Positions 45,583 to 54,400 of a stretch of DNA of 64,000 nucleotides are shown in pieces. The notes beneath the pieces were generated by a model. That model was not told where the DNA came from and made no database searches. It saw nothing but the letters and a program-made list of their open reading frames with translations. The stretch lies in the UHGV virus genome UHGV-1440165. One strand, given 5' to 3'. Positions within the stretch are counted from its first letter, which is position 1; every line of letters starts with the position of its first letter. This DNA comes from a virus. The position numbers and the translations under genes were made by a program.

Positions 45583-47793
45583 TCACCGTCTCAACCATTC
45601 TTCCATAGACATGCCGGAACGTTCGTCATAAACCTGGATTCCACCAAAGCCTGGCACGTTCTCTATGGAGTGTGGATCAGGGGCAGACAGCACTCCCCCG
45701 AATGGCATCATCTGTGATTCTTCCATCGCAGACAAACGTCCCCTCATGTCCACTGAGATGCTTGAGTTGGTGAGATCACTAAACCATTCTTGTTTCACCG
45801 CCCATGCATAGAGCACGAGAGGCATTACACAGTCATCATGACAACCATCGTCGGCTTCATACCTTGTCCCAGTCCATACGAATGTACTGAGTTCATCGAT
45901 TGTGTCCTGATCGTCGATAACCAACATCTCACGTTCGATGAGAGCCTTGAGGTTGGCACAACCATTCGAACGCACTTTCTTGTTGGTGTTGATACCAGGT
46001 TCAGGGCGGCGGCCACCAATTCGTTTACCAGTGCCCTTCGCATCTGTCGTGGTGAAGATGATCTCTGGATATTCAATTTCCTGATATAGAATTGTGATTA
46101 CCTGGCCACCCACGTCGTTGTTGGTTTCAACCAGCATCGGGCACGTGCCATACTTCTCGCCCATATCGGCGATAGTGTATGCATACATCATTGGAGGTAT
46201 CGTGTTGTTTCGATACTTGGCCGCAATCTTGTGAGGATAATCTGTGATGTCCAAGATGGTCAGAACAGAGTAATCCCCCTCCACTCCCTTGCCTGTATCG
46301 GCGATACCCATGTAGATGCGCTTCGGATCGTAATCGTGATAGATCTTGGTGAACTCGTTTGGCTCCTGATAGAGCTTCGAGGTCATCTTGTCTAAACACT
46401 TCGCCGGGATCAATGAGCCGACAGAACCACGGAACTTGATACCGAATTCCTGATCGAAACGTGCATCGCCCAGCTTCGCCCTCTGTTTGGATTCCCAGTT
46501 TGGATCTTTGGTGTACGTTGGAACGCGATACCATGGGACCTCTGTGAGTTTGAAGTCGTTGTACTGAGGATGCTCTGGGTTCGCCTTGGTGACGATGTCG
46601 TAGAACAACCCGCGCTGGCCTTTCGGTGTACTGGTCAGGATACAACGTGAAGTCTCTGCAGATGCAATCGCGGGGAATGTAGACTCCCAGAATTCAAAGT
46701 CGTTTTCAATGAACGCCACTTCGTCCACATATAGGAGCGATACAGATCGACCACGGATGGAGTCGGATGATGTCGCATAGGCGTAGATCTTCGAACCGTT
46801 TTCGAACTCGATAAGCGTGGAGCCGAACTTCTCACAACCCTGTTGGAGGAAGAATGGCAGATCCTGATACGCCTTGCGGATACGGTCCAGGATTTCAATC
46901 GCCTGCTTCTCTTTGTTCGCCAGTACCGCGATCTCTTTGTCGGAGTGGAACATCGCATACCAGAGGAGGAACGCTGCCACGACTGTCGTGTTATGGCTGA
47001 GGAACCCACCTGTGTAATAACGCTGATCACTCGACTTGACTTGCAGGTCGAACATGTGATGCATTTCACCAGTCTGCCAGACCTCGGCCACTTCTTCTAA
47101 ACCATCTTCGGTCTGAAGGTAAGACCCGGCCTCCAGGTCTTTGGCGAACACTTCCTTCATGTTGCTATTGAAGAACATGTGATCGTCGGCAACGTGAATG
47201 CGTCGACCTGTGGTGGTGACAACCACATACTCCTGATACTGCTTCGTCTTGTGCGCTGCAATAACCGGAACCCAGCCTTTGTCGCAACGAACAAAATAAC
47301 GCTTGCCGAAGCGGCTGTCTACGAACTTATCGTGCTTGCCAAAGGCATTCAGTGGCTCAGCGTGATTCGGTCCCTCGAAGCGGCTGTGAAGCTCCTCGAT
47401 GGTGATGCTGAACTCTTCCTGGCTGACAGTGTCATACACAGTGATGTAAGTGTCGCCCTTCACACACTTACCAGACTGACGCGCCTGCACGACTGCATTG
47501 AAGCGGTGATCCTGAAAGTCGTGGAACAATTGCTTCTGATAATCGTGCATATCGAAGAGGATGAAGCCCTTATCGATTGTCGTGATCTTGTAGTAGTTGG
47601 CAGCGAAGTAATGGGCGTCCATCGCACACTCGACGAACTCAGATTCCTGTTCATCAGTCAGCATCAACTCTACACGAGGAGCACGCACAGACGGCTTGCG
47701 CATGAACGTCTGGTCCATACGCAATCTGACGTCTTCGATTTTGAACCCCGTCTTTATCGGGGCGTATTCGATATCACGCTTCTGATACGCCAT
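45583..47793 (-). CDS. Terminase large subunit (gp17-like) interrupted by a mini-intein
   Basis: ATG at 47793 with GAAGGTGA RBS (track start 47802 is GTG). Removing the insert restores the Walker A motif ARQSGK-TT. Confidence 0.8.
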   Translation of the reverse strand: MAYQKRDIEYAPIKTGFKIEDVRLRMDQTFMRKPSVRAPRVELMLTDEQESEFVECAMDAHYFAANYYKITTIDKGFILFDMHDYQKQLFHDFQDHRFNAVVQARQSGKCVKGDTYITVYDTVSQEEFSITIEELHSRFEGPNHAEPLNAFGKHDKFVDSRFGKRYFVRCDKGWVPVIAAHKTKQYQEYVVVTTTGRRIHVADDHMFFNSNMKEVFAKDLEAGSYLQTEDGLEEVAEVWQTGEMHHMFDLQVKSSDQRYYTGGFLSHNTTVVAAFLLWYAMFHSDKEIAVLANKEKQAIEILDRIRKAYQDLPFFLQQGCEKFGSTLIEFENGSKIYAYATSSDSIRGRSVSLLYVDEVAFIENDFEFWESTFPAIASAETSRCILTSTPKGQRGLFYDIVTKANPEHPQYNDFKLTEVPWYRVPTYTKDPNWESKQRAKLGDARFDQEFGIKFRGSVGSLIPAKCLDKMTSKLYQEPNEFTKIYHDYDPKRIYMGIADTGKGVEGDYSVLTILDITDYPHKIAAKYRNNTIPPMMYAYTIADMGEKYGTCPMLVETNNDVGGQVITILYQEIEYPEIIFTTTDAKGTGKRIGGRRPEPGINTNKKVRSNGCANLKALIEREMLVIDDQDTIDELSTFVWTGTRYEADDGCHDDCVMPLVLYAWAVKQEWFSDLTNSSISVDMRGRLSAMEESQMMPFGGVLSAPDPHSIENVPGFGGIQVYDERSGMSMEEWLRR
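46990..47466 (-). mobile_element. Mini-intein inserted in the terminase P-loop
   Basis: 159 aa insert beginning with Cys (GK|CVKGDTYI...) and ending ...GGFLSHN|T (His-Asn then Thr). Confidence 0.65.
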
Positions 47794-48481
47794 TGTCTTC
47801 ACCTTCTTCCTTCGGCTGCGGCTCCGCCTGAACGTCGATTACATCTTCTTCAGGAGCAGGTTCTTTGGCCGCAGATTTCGCAGCAGCACGCTCGTCAGCC
47901 CGTCTTTTAGCATCTTCAATAGTCTTCAGCAGATCACGCGAAGACCTGGCCTGTTTGCCGACGTTGACTGTTGTTGTGCCATCAGGAGATGTCGTGACTT
48001 CAACAGTCGTTTCATCACCAGGAGGCGGCTCTCTGTCCCCTGTGACAGCCTTGATGGTTTTTTGGTTCTCCATCAGGTCTTTGTTCAGGCCGCGCATGAG
48101 TTCACCCAGCTCTTTGAAGACTGTGAACGCGCGGGGCGCTTCTGTCGTCGTCGCGAGTTTGGCCGCCTGTCCCATCATGAACATGGTGGCCTCTTGCATC
48201 GCATAGGTCGTGTCACGGATGCGTTTGTAGTCGGTGGTGGCATCAGTGTCTTCGAAGTCTGGAACTTTAGACTCCTTGGACTTCAACTCTTCCGGGTCCA
48301 GGGATGGCGGGAACACCACAGGCTCGTACCCTGCAGGCTTTTCACCCAGCCACTCACCTGTATCTGGATCGTAATCCACACCAGCCTTTGGAGTTGTTTT
48401 CTCCATGACCTCTTGAGCGACTTCATCCCTTGCATGGATAGCATCAAGAGTGCTCAGCAAACGTTCCGACATGTTACTCAT
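47774..48481 (-). CDS. Putative terminase small subunit (by position)
   Basis: ATG at 48481 with GGAGA RBS; 3-prime end overlaps the terminase large subunit start; charged, low-complexity C-terminus. Confidence 0.4.
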   Translation of the reverse strand: MSNMSERLLSTLDAIHARDEVAQEVMEKTTPKAGVDYDPDTGEWLGEKPAGYEPVVFPPSLDPEELKSKESKVPDFEDTDATTDYKRIRDTTYAMQEATMFMMGQAAKLATTTEAPRAFTVFKELGELMRGLNKDLMENQKTIKAVTGDREPPPGDETTVEVTTSPDGTTTVNVGKQARSSRDLLKTIEDAKRRADERAAAKSAAKEPAPEEDVIDVQAEPQPKEEGEDNGVSEA

Positions 48482-48483
48482 AA

Positions 48484-49179
48484 TCAATCTCCAGGATGAT
48501 GTACACCGTCTTTGTCAACACGGAACCACTCAGGCAGTTCCGACCACGGCGTTTTCAAATCATTAGACATTTCAATAATTATCTCTTTGATTCCGTTCGG
48601 ATCTCCGCCGCCACCCTGGTCCACCCAATAATCGTAGCCATAGATGAACCCACTGAGCACGAAGGTGAACGTGCAGTCGACGTGTGGAGATTCGCTGGCA
48701 TCCCCTTCCCAGTTGTCGGACATCTGGTGCCCGGTCAGCTGGATCTTGATCTTCTGATCTTGCTGAAGAGTGTCGTTGTCCTTGATGGCACAATCCAGAG
48801 AAGGAGTGTACACAGAATAAATCTGCTCCAGCACCTGCAACATCTCCACCAGTTTCTTGGTCCGGATATTGTACTCGAAATCGATGTTGACTGGGATTCG
48901 CTGTTTTGCCCCCGCCGTCTGTGTTGTTTGACGGTTGTGGAAGGACTTGGTCACGCTCTTATTCGGTTCGAATTGCCCAAAGCTGAAGGTTGCGAACGGC
49001 AGCATATTGGACGGCACGTTCCTGTTGAGGTCATTGCGCCGCCCGATTGCCATATGCAGGGGGACTTCCATCAGGCCACGTTCTGTGTTCACCTTCAGGT
49101 CCGACATGATGGTGGCAAACAGATTGATGTACTTCAGGAACGACTCGTGATAGAAGTATTTTTCAAATGGTCTGGCCAT
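48484..49179 (-). CDS. Putative tail completion/sheath stabiliser protein (gp15-like by position)
   Basis: 231 aa ORF, ATG start, in the slot that T4 gp15 occupies. Confidence 0.35.
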   Translation of the reverse strand: MARPFEKYFYHESFLKYINLFATIMSDLKVNTERGLMEVPLHMAIGRRNDLNRNVPSNMLPFATFSFGQFEPNKSVTKSFHNRQTTQTAGAKQRIPVNIDFEYNIRTKKLVEMLQVLEQIYSVYTPSLDCAIKDNDTLQQDQKIKIQLTGHQMSDNWEGDASESPHVDCTFTFVLSGFIYGYDYWVDQGGGGDPNGIKEIIIEMSNDLKTPWSELPEWFRVDKDGVHHPGD

Positions 49180-49181
49180 GG

Positions 49182-49832
49182 TTAGTCTCCGAAGTCAATC
49201 TTCAGTTTGTCTAGCGCGAGGTCTTGTTCTAACACATCGGCCTGCGCATTATCAGTCTGAAGAGACGAATCTTTGTACACACCCGGATCCCCTTCTTCGT
49301 CCAGGATAGACAGACGCTTATCAATGTCGTCGATCTCTGGTACGCCAGTGTCGAAGTTCTCGTTGCCGTACTGGAACAACGTGCATGGCAGGGAATAGGT
49401 GTGCCACTTGCCGAACTGCATGAAGTCTTCGTCATTGTTCGGGTTGTTCACTTTGAAGATCTTGTTCGCCAGCGGCAGGTAAATCAAATCACCTTCCTGT
49501 GGCTGTTGTTCGAGGCCGACACCGTTGCCAATGACCTCTGCGAATCGACGACGAGAAATAGAGAACGTGACCTCGTCCTGCAGCTGGATACCCCCGAACT
49601 TCTCCCACATCTGGGTGTTGAAGCCCTGGTAGTCCTGCATGTACGCTTCGATGTCGAACGCCTGGTCGAATCTGTGGTTGGCATCGTTGGTGATAGGAAA
49701 TTTTTCAACGATGGAACGTGGTATATACTTGATGTCTATCCCACGCAACTCAATCATTTCCTGTACCAGGTCATCAATCAGCTTTTGGGTGCCGTTGTGT
49801 CCGGTGTAGTTGAAATATTTTGAAGTGGCCAT
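49182..49832 (-). CDS. Putative neck protein (gp14-like by position)
   Basis: 216 aa, ATG start; preceded by a late-promoter-like motif. Confidence 0.35.
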   Translation of the reverse strand: MATSKYFNYTGHNGTQKLIDDLVQEMIELRGIDIKYIPRSIVEKFPITNDANHRFDQAFDIEAYMQDYQGFNTQMWEKFGGIQLQDEVTFSISRRRFAEVIGNGVGLEQQPQEGDLIYLPLANKIFKVNNPNNDEDFMQFGKWHTYSLPCTLFQYGNENFDTGVPEIDDIDKRLSILDEEGDPGVYKDSSLQTDNAQADVLEQDLALDKLKIDFGD

Positions 49833-49856
49833 ATCAATACCCTCAATTTTGAAGGT

Positions 49857-49863
49857 ATTTAGT
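49857..49863 (-). promoter_or_regulatory. Late-promoter-like motif (GACTAAATACCTT)
   Basis: About 25 nt upstream of the 49832 start. Confidence 0.45.
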
Positions 49864-49891
49864 CGAAGTTTATTCTTTTGAGGAATAGCTC

Positions 49892-50104
49892 ATGCAAGTG
49901 GAAGACATCAAAGAAACGCGCGATGGTCGCCGGGTTCGTATTATCTGTATTGATGCGAAGATTGGCGGTGGGGTTTACAATACTGTTGGGCTGGTGAAAG
50001 AACCTGATGGCACCGACTTCATTGAGTGGTGGAACATCACTGAAATGACAGAAGACGGTCTTGTGCGAGGCAGTGGGGACGGCAGTTTAGATCTCAAGCT
50101 GTAA
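49892..50104 (+). CDS. Small hypothetical protein on plus strand
   Basis: 70 aa, ATG with GAGGAA RBS; followed directly by a canonical intrinsic terminator. Confidence 0.45.
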   Translation: MQVEDIKETRDGRRVRIICIDAKIGGGVYNTVGLVKEPDGTDFIEWWNITEMTEDGLVRGSGDGSLDLKL

Positions 50105-50131
50105 AAGAAAGCCGGGGAAACCCGGCTTTTT
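50105..50131. terminator. Intrinsic terminator, bidirectional architecture
   Basis: AGCCGGG-GAAA-CCCGGCT followed by TTTTT on the plus strand and by a T-rich run on the minus strand. Confidence 0.65.
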
Positions 50132-50132
50132 G

Positions 50133-50885
50133 TTATCCCATGTAGAAGTCGATAGGGTACTGCTGACCAGTACGCAGTTCTTCCTCCAACCGCTCGATCT
50201 CCGCTTCGGCCTCGCTGAACATAGTATCACCATCCAGCTCGATACCGCCAGGGAGACGGATGCCTCTTGCCTTCTTCAGCACCTCTGCCCAACGGCGTTT
50301 GACCAACGCTGTCGCATATGCCTTCAGCCACATGTCATTCCATGCTTCTTCATTGCCCTCTACCTCTGGGTCAATGTTCTGGAAACATTTGAACGCCAGA
50401 GCCTCGTCCTTCGTCAGGGCGAATTGAGGGTAGAGCCTGCGTTGGAATTTCTTGTACACGAAGGTGCGCTTCACATTCAGCACACTGGTGATGTCAGACA
50501 GGCGCTGCTGCATGGACACGTAGTCAATCAGGCGGATGGAGACCAGAGCCGACTTCGGCACCAACATGGCCTGCGCCATCTGCCACTGAGGGGTTGCCCA
50601 GTTGCCGATAGATTCGATCGGCGGACCAGGAATTACTTCGGTCACGTCATCGATGTCTTTGGGGAATTCGATGTAGCCGTTGGTGATGGTTTCTTCAGTC
50701 ACAACATGGACGAAGAAAGCGTCTTGGCTGCCATCGCGGTGATACTCCCAGAATTTCTGTAGAGCATCATCGACAGCGTCTGACACCTGTGATGGGTCGA
50801 GGTTGATCTGAATTACAGGTGCCCCCAATTTTTTGAGGATGTAATTCATAAACCCCTTGCGGTCTCTGATGGAATTAACGGACAT
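50133..50885 (-). CDS. Putative neck protein (gp13-like by position)
   Basis: ATG at 50885 with AAGGGGA RBS (track start 50903 is GTG). Confidence 0.35.
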   Translation of the reverse strand: MSVNSIRDRKGFMNYILKKLGAPVIQINLDPSQVSDAVDDALQKFWEYHRDGSQDAFFVHVVTEETITNGYIEFPKDIDDVTEVIPGPPIESIGNWATPQWQMAQAMLVPKSALVSIRLIDYVSMQQRLSDITSVLNVKRTFVYKKFQRRLYPQFALTKDEALAFKCFQNIDPEVEGNEEAWNDMWLKAYATALVKRRWAEVLKKARGIRLPGGIELDGDTMFSEAEAEIERLEEELRTGQQYPIDFYMG

Positions 50886-51213
50886 TGGTGTTCCCCTTAC
50901 CACTCTGGAGATCAGATACTGTAATCCGCAGAGTTCGCACGTCGTCGGACAGACTGCTGCTATTGAGTTTTAATTCAGCAACATTCTGCTTGACGTAGTT
51001 GACGTCTGTGTTCAACACAGCGATCTTCTCACTCATATCGTTGACTTTCACAAGGATCTGGTCAACCTTGTTAGAATCTCGCTCAACCACGTCAAGTCGA
51101 TTCTCGAACTTGCCCATCATCCAAACAACAGAGCCGACGGAGACTATCGCCGCCGTCAGCACCCCGGTGAGGATCGCTTTCACATCGATCACGCTGTTAG
51201 TTTGAGTTGTCAT
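50875..51213 (-). CDS. Membrane-anchored coiled-coil protein
   Basis: ATG at 51213 with AGGAGG RBS; N-terminal hydrophobic helix AILTGVLTAAIVSVGSVVWMMG followed by coiled-coil-like sequence. Confidence 0.5.
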   Translation of the reverse strand: MTTQTNSVIDVKAILTGVLTAAIVSVGSVVWMMGKFENRLDVVERDSNKVDQILVKVNDMSEKIAVLNTDVNYVKQNVAELKLNSSSLSDDVRTLRITVSDLQSGKGNTNVR

Positions 51214-51445
51214 CTTGACCTCCTGACGGGAGTTCGATCCCGAGGTGTTCTGCCAACATCTGGACAGTACTGTTAAGACGCTCAATCTGGGCAGCCTGGT
51301 CAACGATGACTTGTTCTCTGGTCTCTTGTTGCTGGCGTGCACGTAAGGCCGCCAACCCCGCCGCATAGTCTGTATTGACGATTGCGCCAGGGCAAGAGTT
51401 GCTTCTCATCATTGATGCGTGCCCCTGAACTTTTACTCCACGCAT
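51197..51445 (-). CDS. Hypothetical protein
   Basis: 82 aa, ATG start; overlaps the downstream gene start by about 17 nt. Confidence 0.4.
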   Translation of the reverse strand: MRGVKVQGHASMMRSNSCPGAIVNTDYAAGLAALRARQQQETREQVIVDQAAQIERLNSTVQMLAEHLGIELPSGGQDDNSN

Positions 51446-51496
51446 AATCTTATCCTCTAGGTTGTGGCGGGGTTGCCCCCGCCTTTACATTTCTAT

Positions 51497-54400
51497 TTAC
51501 GCCAGAGCAATCAGGCGGAAATCCTTGAACGATGGAGGAGCCACACGGTTGCCACGAACCAGCGCTCTCACCTTCACGGCAACGAACGGATTCGTCGCGC
51601 TCACAGTCTTGTCGTACTCGTACTCGAAGAATGTGGATCCATCGTTCACCAGAGGCGACAGAGGTGTCACGGTTTCCCATGCCACGCTATCCATATCTTG
51701 ACCTGCACGGAGCAGTTTGACCTGCACGGCCATGGTTGACTGCGACGGCAGCATTGCACCAAAGTATAGCTTAATGGTCGAACATGGGTTATCAAATCCG
51801 ACGTCTTTGGTGATGTAGCGGAACACGTCTTCAAATGGATCAACCCCGAAGGTGTTGAAGACCACTGTGAAGTCGTCTCCGTCAACCATTGGCGCAACGA
51901 AGTTGTTGGACTCACTGCGCGTCATGGTAGCCCGAACCTGGAAGTCGCCCACCTGACGATAGATGCCCTCTGTTGGGAGGTACACGTTCGTCTCGGATTC
52001 GAACTCAATCCAATCGGACATTGAATTGGAGGTCGCATCACGGTAGCGGTATTCCAGTTTTAGAATTGAACCTTCCAGAGCCGAGTTCGTGGCGCTGCCA
52101 TAGAACATATCGACCAGATAGTTCCCCAGGTACGAAGCGTCATCACCACCAATTTGTCCGCTGGAGGTAGCCGCCGCGCCCACATCGATGGTGAAGTTGC
52201 TGAACGCAGCATCAGTCACGACATGTGTTTTGTTCAGTTGCTCTGGAGTAAACCCACAGCCGCCTGTCAGGCCGGACAGGGTCACACTGTTGCCCGCAAC
52301 CAGACCGTGGCCAATCGCATCGATCACGATTGTTGAAGCGCCCGAGGTGCAGTTCAACTCATTCAGACCCAGAGGGCGAGGCTTCGGACCAGCTTTCACA
52401 TCGAAGGTGACGATGTTTGCACCAGCATTGAAGTTCGCGCGATACACACGGAATTTCAGGTCTGCCATCTGGTTTGGAGACCAGGTGCTTCCGTTTGAAG
52501 ACGTGAAGAACACGCCAGTGTACGGCTGCTTGGCGATATACTCGTTGGACAGAAGGTTCTTCTTGCCCATCTCTGCGATATATGCGTTGTAGTCCTGAGT
52601 GTTCGCCAGCAGAACGATAGCGAATTCAGTACCAGCCTGCAGATACACAGGGTAATCGAACGTGAACTTCGTAGCCGTCTCAGAGTTGTTGGAGACATTC
52701 ACCTGGTCCGGAGTCAGCGTCTTACGAGTGATCACGCTGTTAGACGGCAGACCGTTGGACATCTCGCGGATCTCCAGTGTGATCGGCACATCACGCGATT
52801 TCGTGGACAGGAAGACTTCCACACCTTCGATGTACTCACCACCGACACTGCTCTGCACCATGAAGGACTGAGCAATCGGGTCTTTCCACTTCTTGATCAG
52901 TTCAGTGTTAGAAGTGGTTTCAGTACTGGAAGACGCGGTGTAACCCAGAACACGGGTGTTCAGATAAGTCTTCTGGATACCCTGTTTCTTGCCGAAAGAT
53001 TTGTGAACAATTTCGGCATTGGTCAGAGTGTCATCGGCAGACTTGCTGTCAACCGGGCTATCCGTCAAACGGAACACGTTATCGCCAGTGTTGAAGCGGT
53101 CTGTTTCTGTCACAGGCACACGGAACACACCTTTGACAGTACCGCTGGCATCTGTCATCAGGGGATCGCCGAAGTTACCAGACTCAGGCTTACAGAACGC
53201 ACTGACAGCACGATTTGAGAAGAACGCATACATCTGGGTGAACGGACGCAGGCCGCTGCCTTCAAACGCGATGTCAGACTGACGCATATACGGGATGACC
53301 TGAGTCTCCACAATCTGCTCGCCAGTCATGGTCGTGGTTGTTGTATCAGTGTACGTGTAAGTGATCACATCACGGGTAGACACTGTGGTGCGGTAGCGGT
53401 AGCCCCACTTGCCGACCTGGGTCTGGTATTCGGTTGTAGAAGAAGTCTTCCACGTACCGTAAACGGAACCCGGCTGGATAGCCCCACGAGTGTTGATCGT
53501 TTCGTTGATCACACGCGGTGCGACATAATAGTTCTCAAACCAGTAGTCGGTGGTCGGGTTCAGTTTGATGTAGCCTTCCCAGTTGAACACGGCGTATGGG
53601 TTCACGTTGATGGTGGTAGTCGCATATTCCTGATTCACAGAGATTTCAGGAGTGTAACGACACACAACCATTCCATCCATAACCTTATCCCAGTTCACTG
53701 GAGTCAGGTCAACGGCATTCTGCTGAGTGAACGGGCGTAGACGACCATTGTCGGTATCAACAGAGCCCATCCAGTCGGAAGACAGATCGTCAATCAGACG
53801 GAAGTCTTTGAACGGGTCGGCGGCGATACCATTTTTGAATCGTGGGTTGCCAGTGATAGGGTCGAACACCTGCTGGGTCATGGCTGATGATTCCAGCTGA
53901 GACAGGGAGGTGTAATATTCGACGTTAGAAATACGCGTCTCCAGCTTCCCGATATCACGCATCGTGTAGCGGCGGTTGTCGACAGTGCGAATCTGGATAT
54001 CGTCGATGTCAGCCGTATACGGCGGGATCAGCATCTCATACAAGCGCATGGCGTTGTCTGGGATAGCCGGGGCTGCCAGGTTGTTGGAGCTGATACCACG
54101 AGCGATGTTGAACACGCCGTTTTCTGCCAGGTACACAGCATCAATTCGAGGCAGATAATACTCTGTGTCCAGGATTACAGCCGTGTTCGGGCGCACCATA
54201 TCGGTATCTGAAGTCCCGTTGGCAATCTTCGGACGGAAATCCAAAGAATCTGCCAGGCTGTACACGGTCCCAGAAGTGCGGGATGTGTAGGTCGGGATAT
54301 CCTGGTAGTCGATAGAGGAGTACGAGTCCGCGGAGAAGAAGTCCCCGGCGCTGTGAGCGAAGTATGAGTACACCACTGTGAAAGTGCCTGAGATTGCCCC

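Noticed and set aside
51466-51483. Hairpin after the giant ORF as an intrinsic terminator
   Set aside because: On the coding (minus) strand the stem is not followed by a T-run; the T-run is on the non-coding side. Kept only as an unexplained hairpin.
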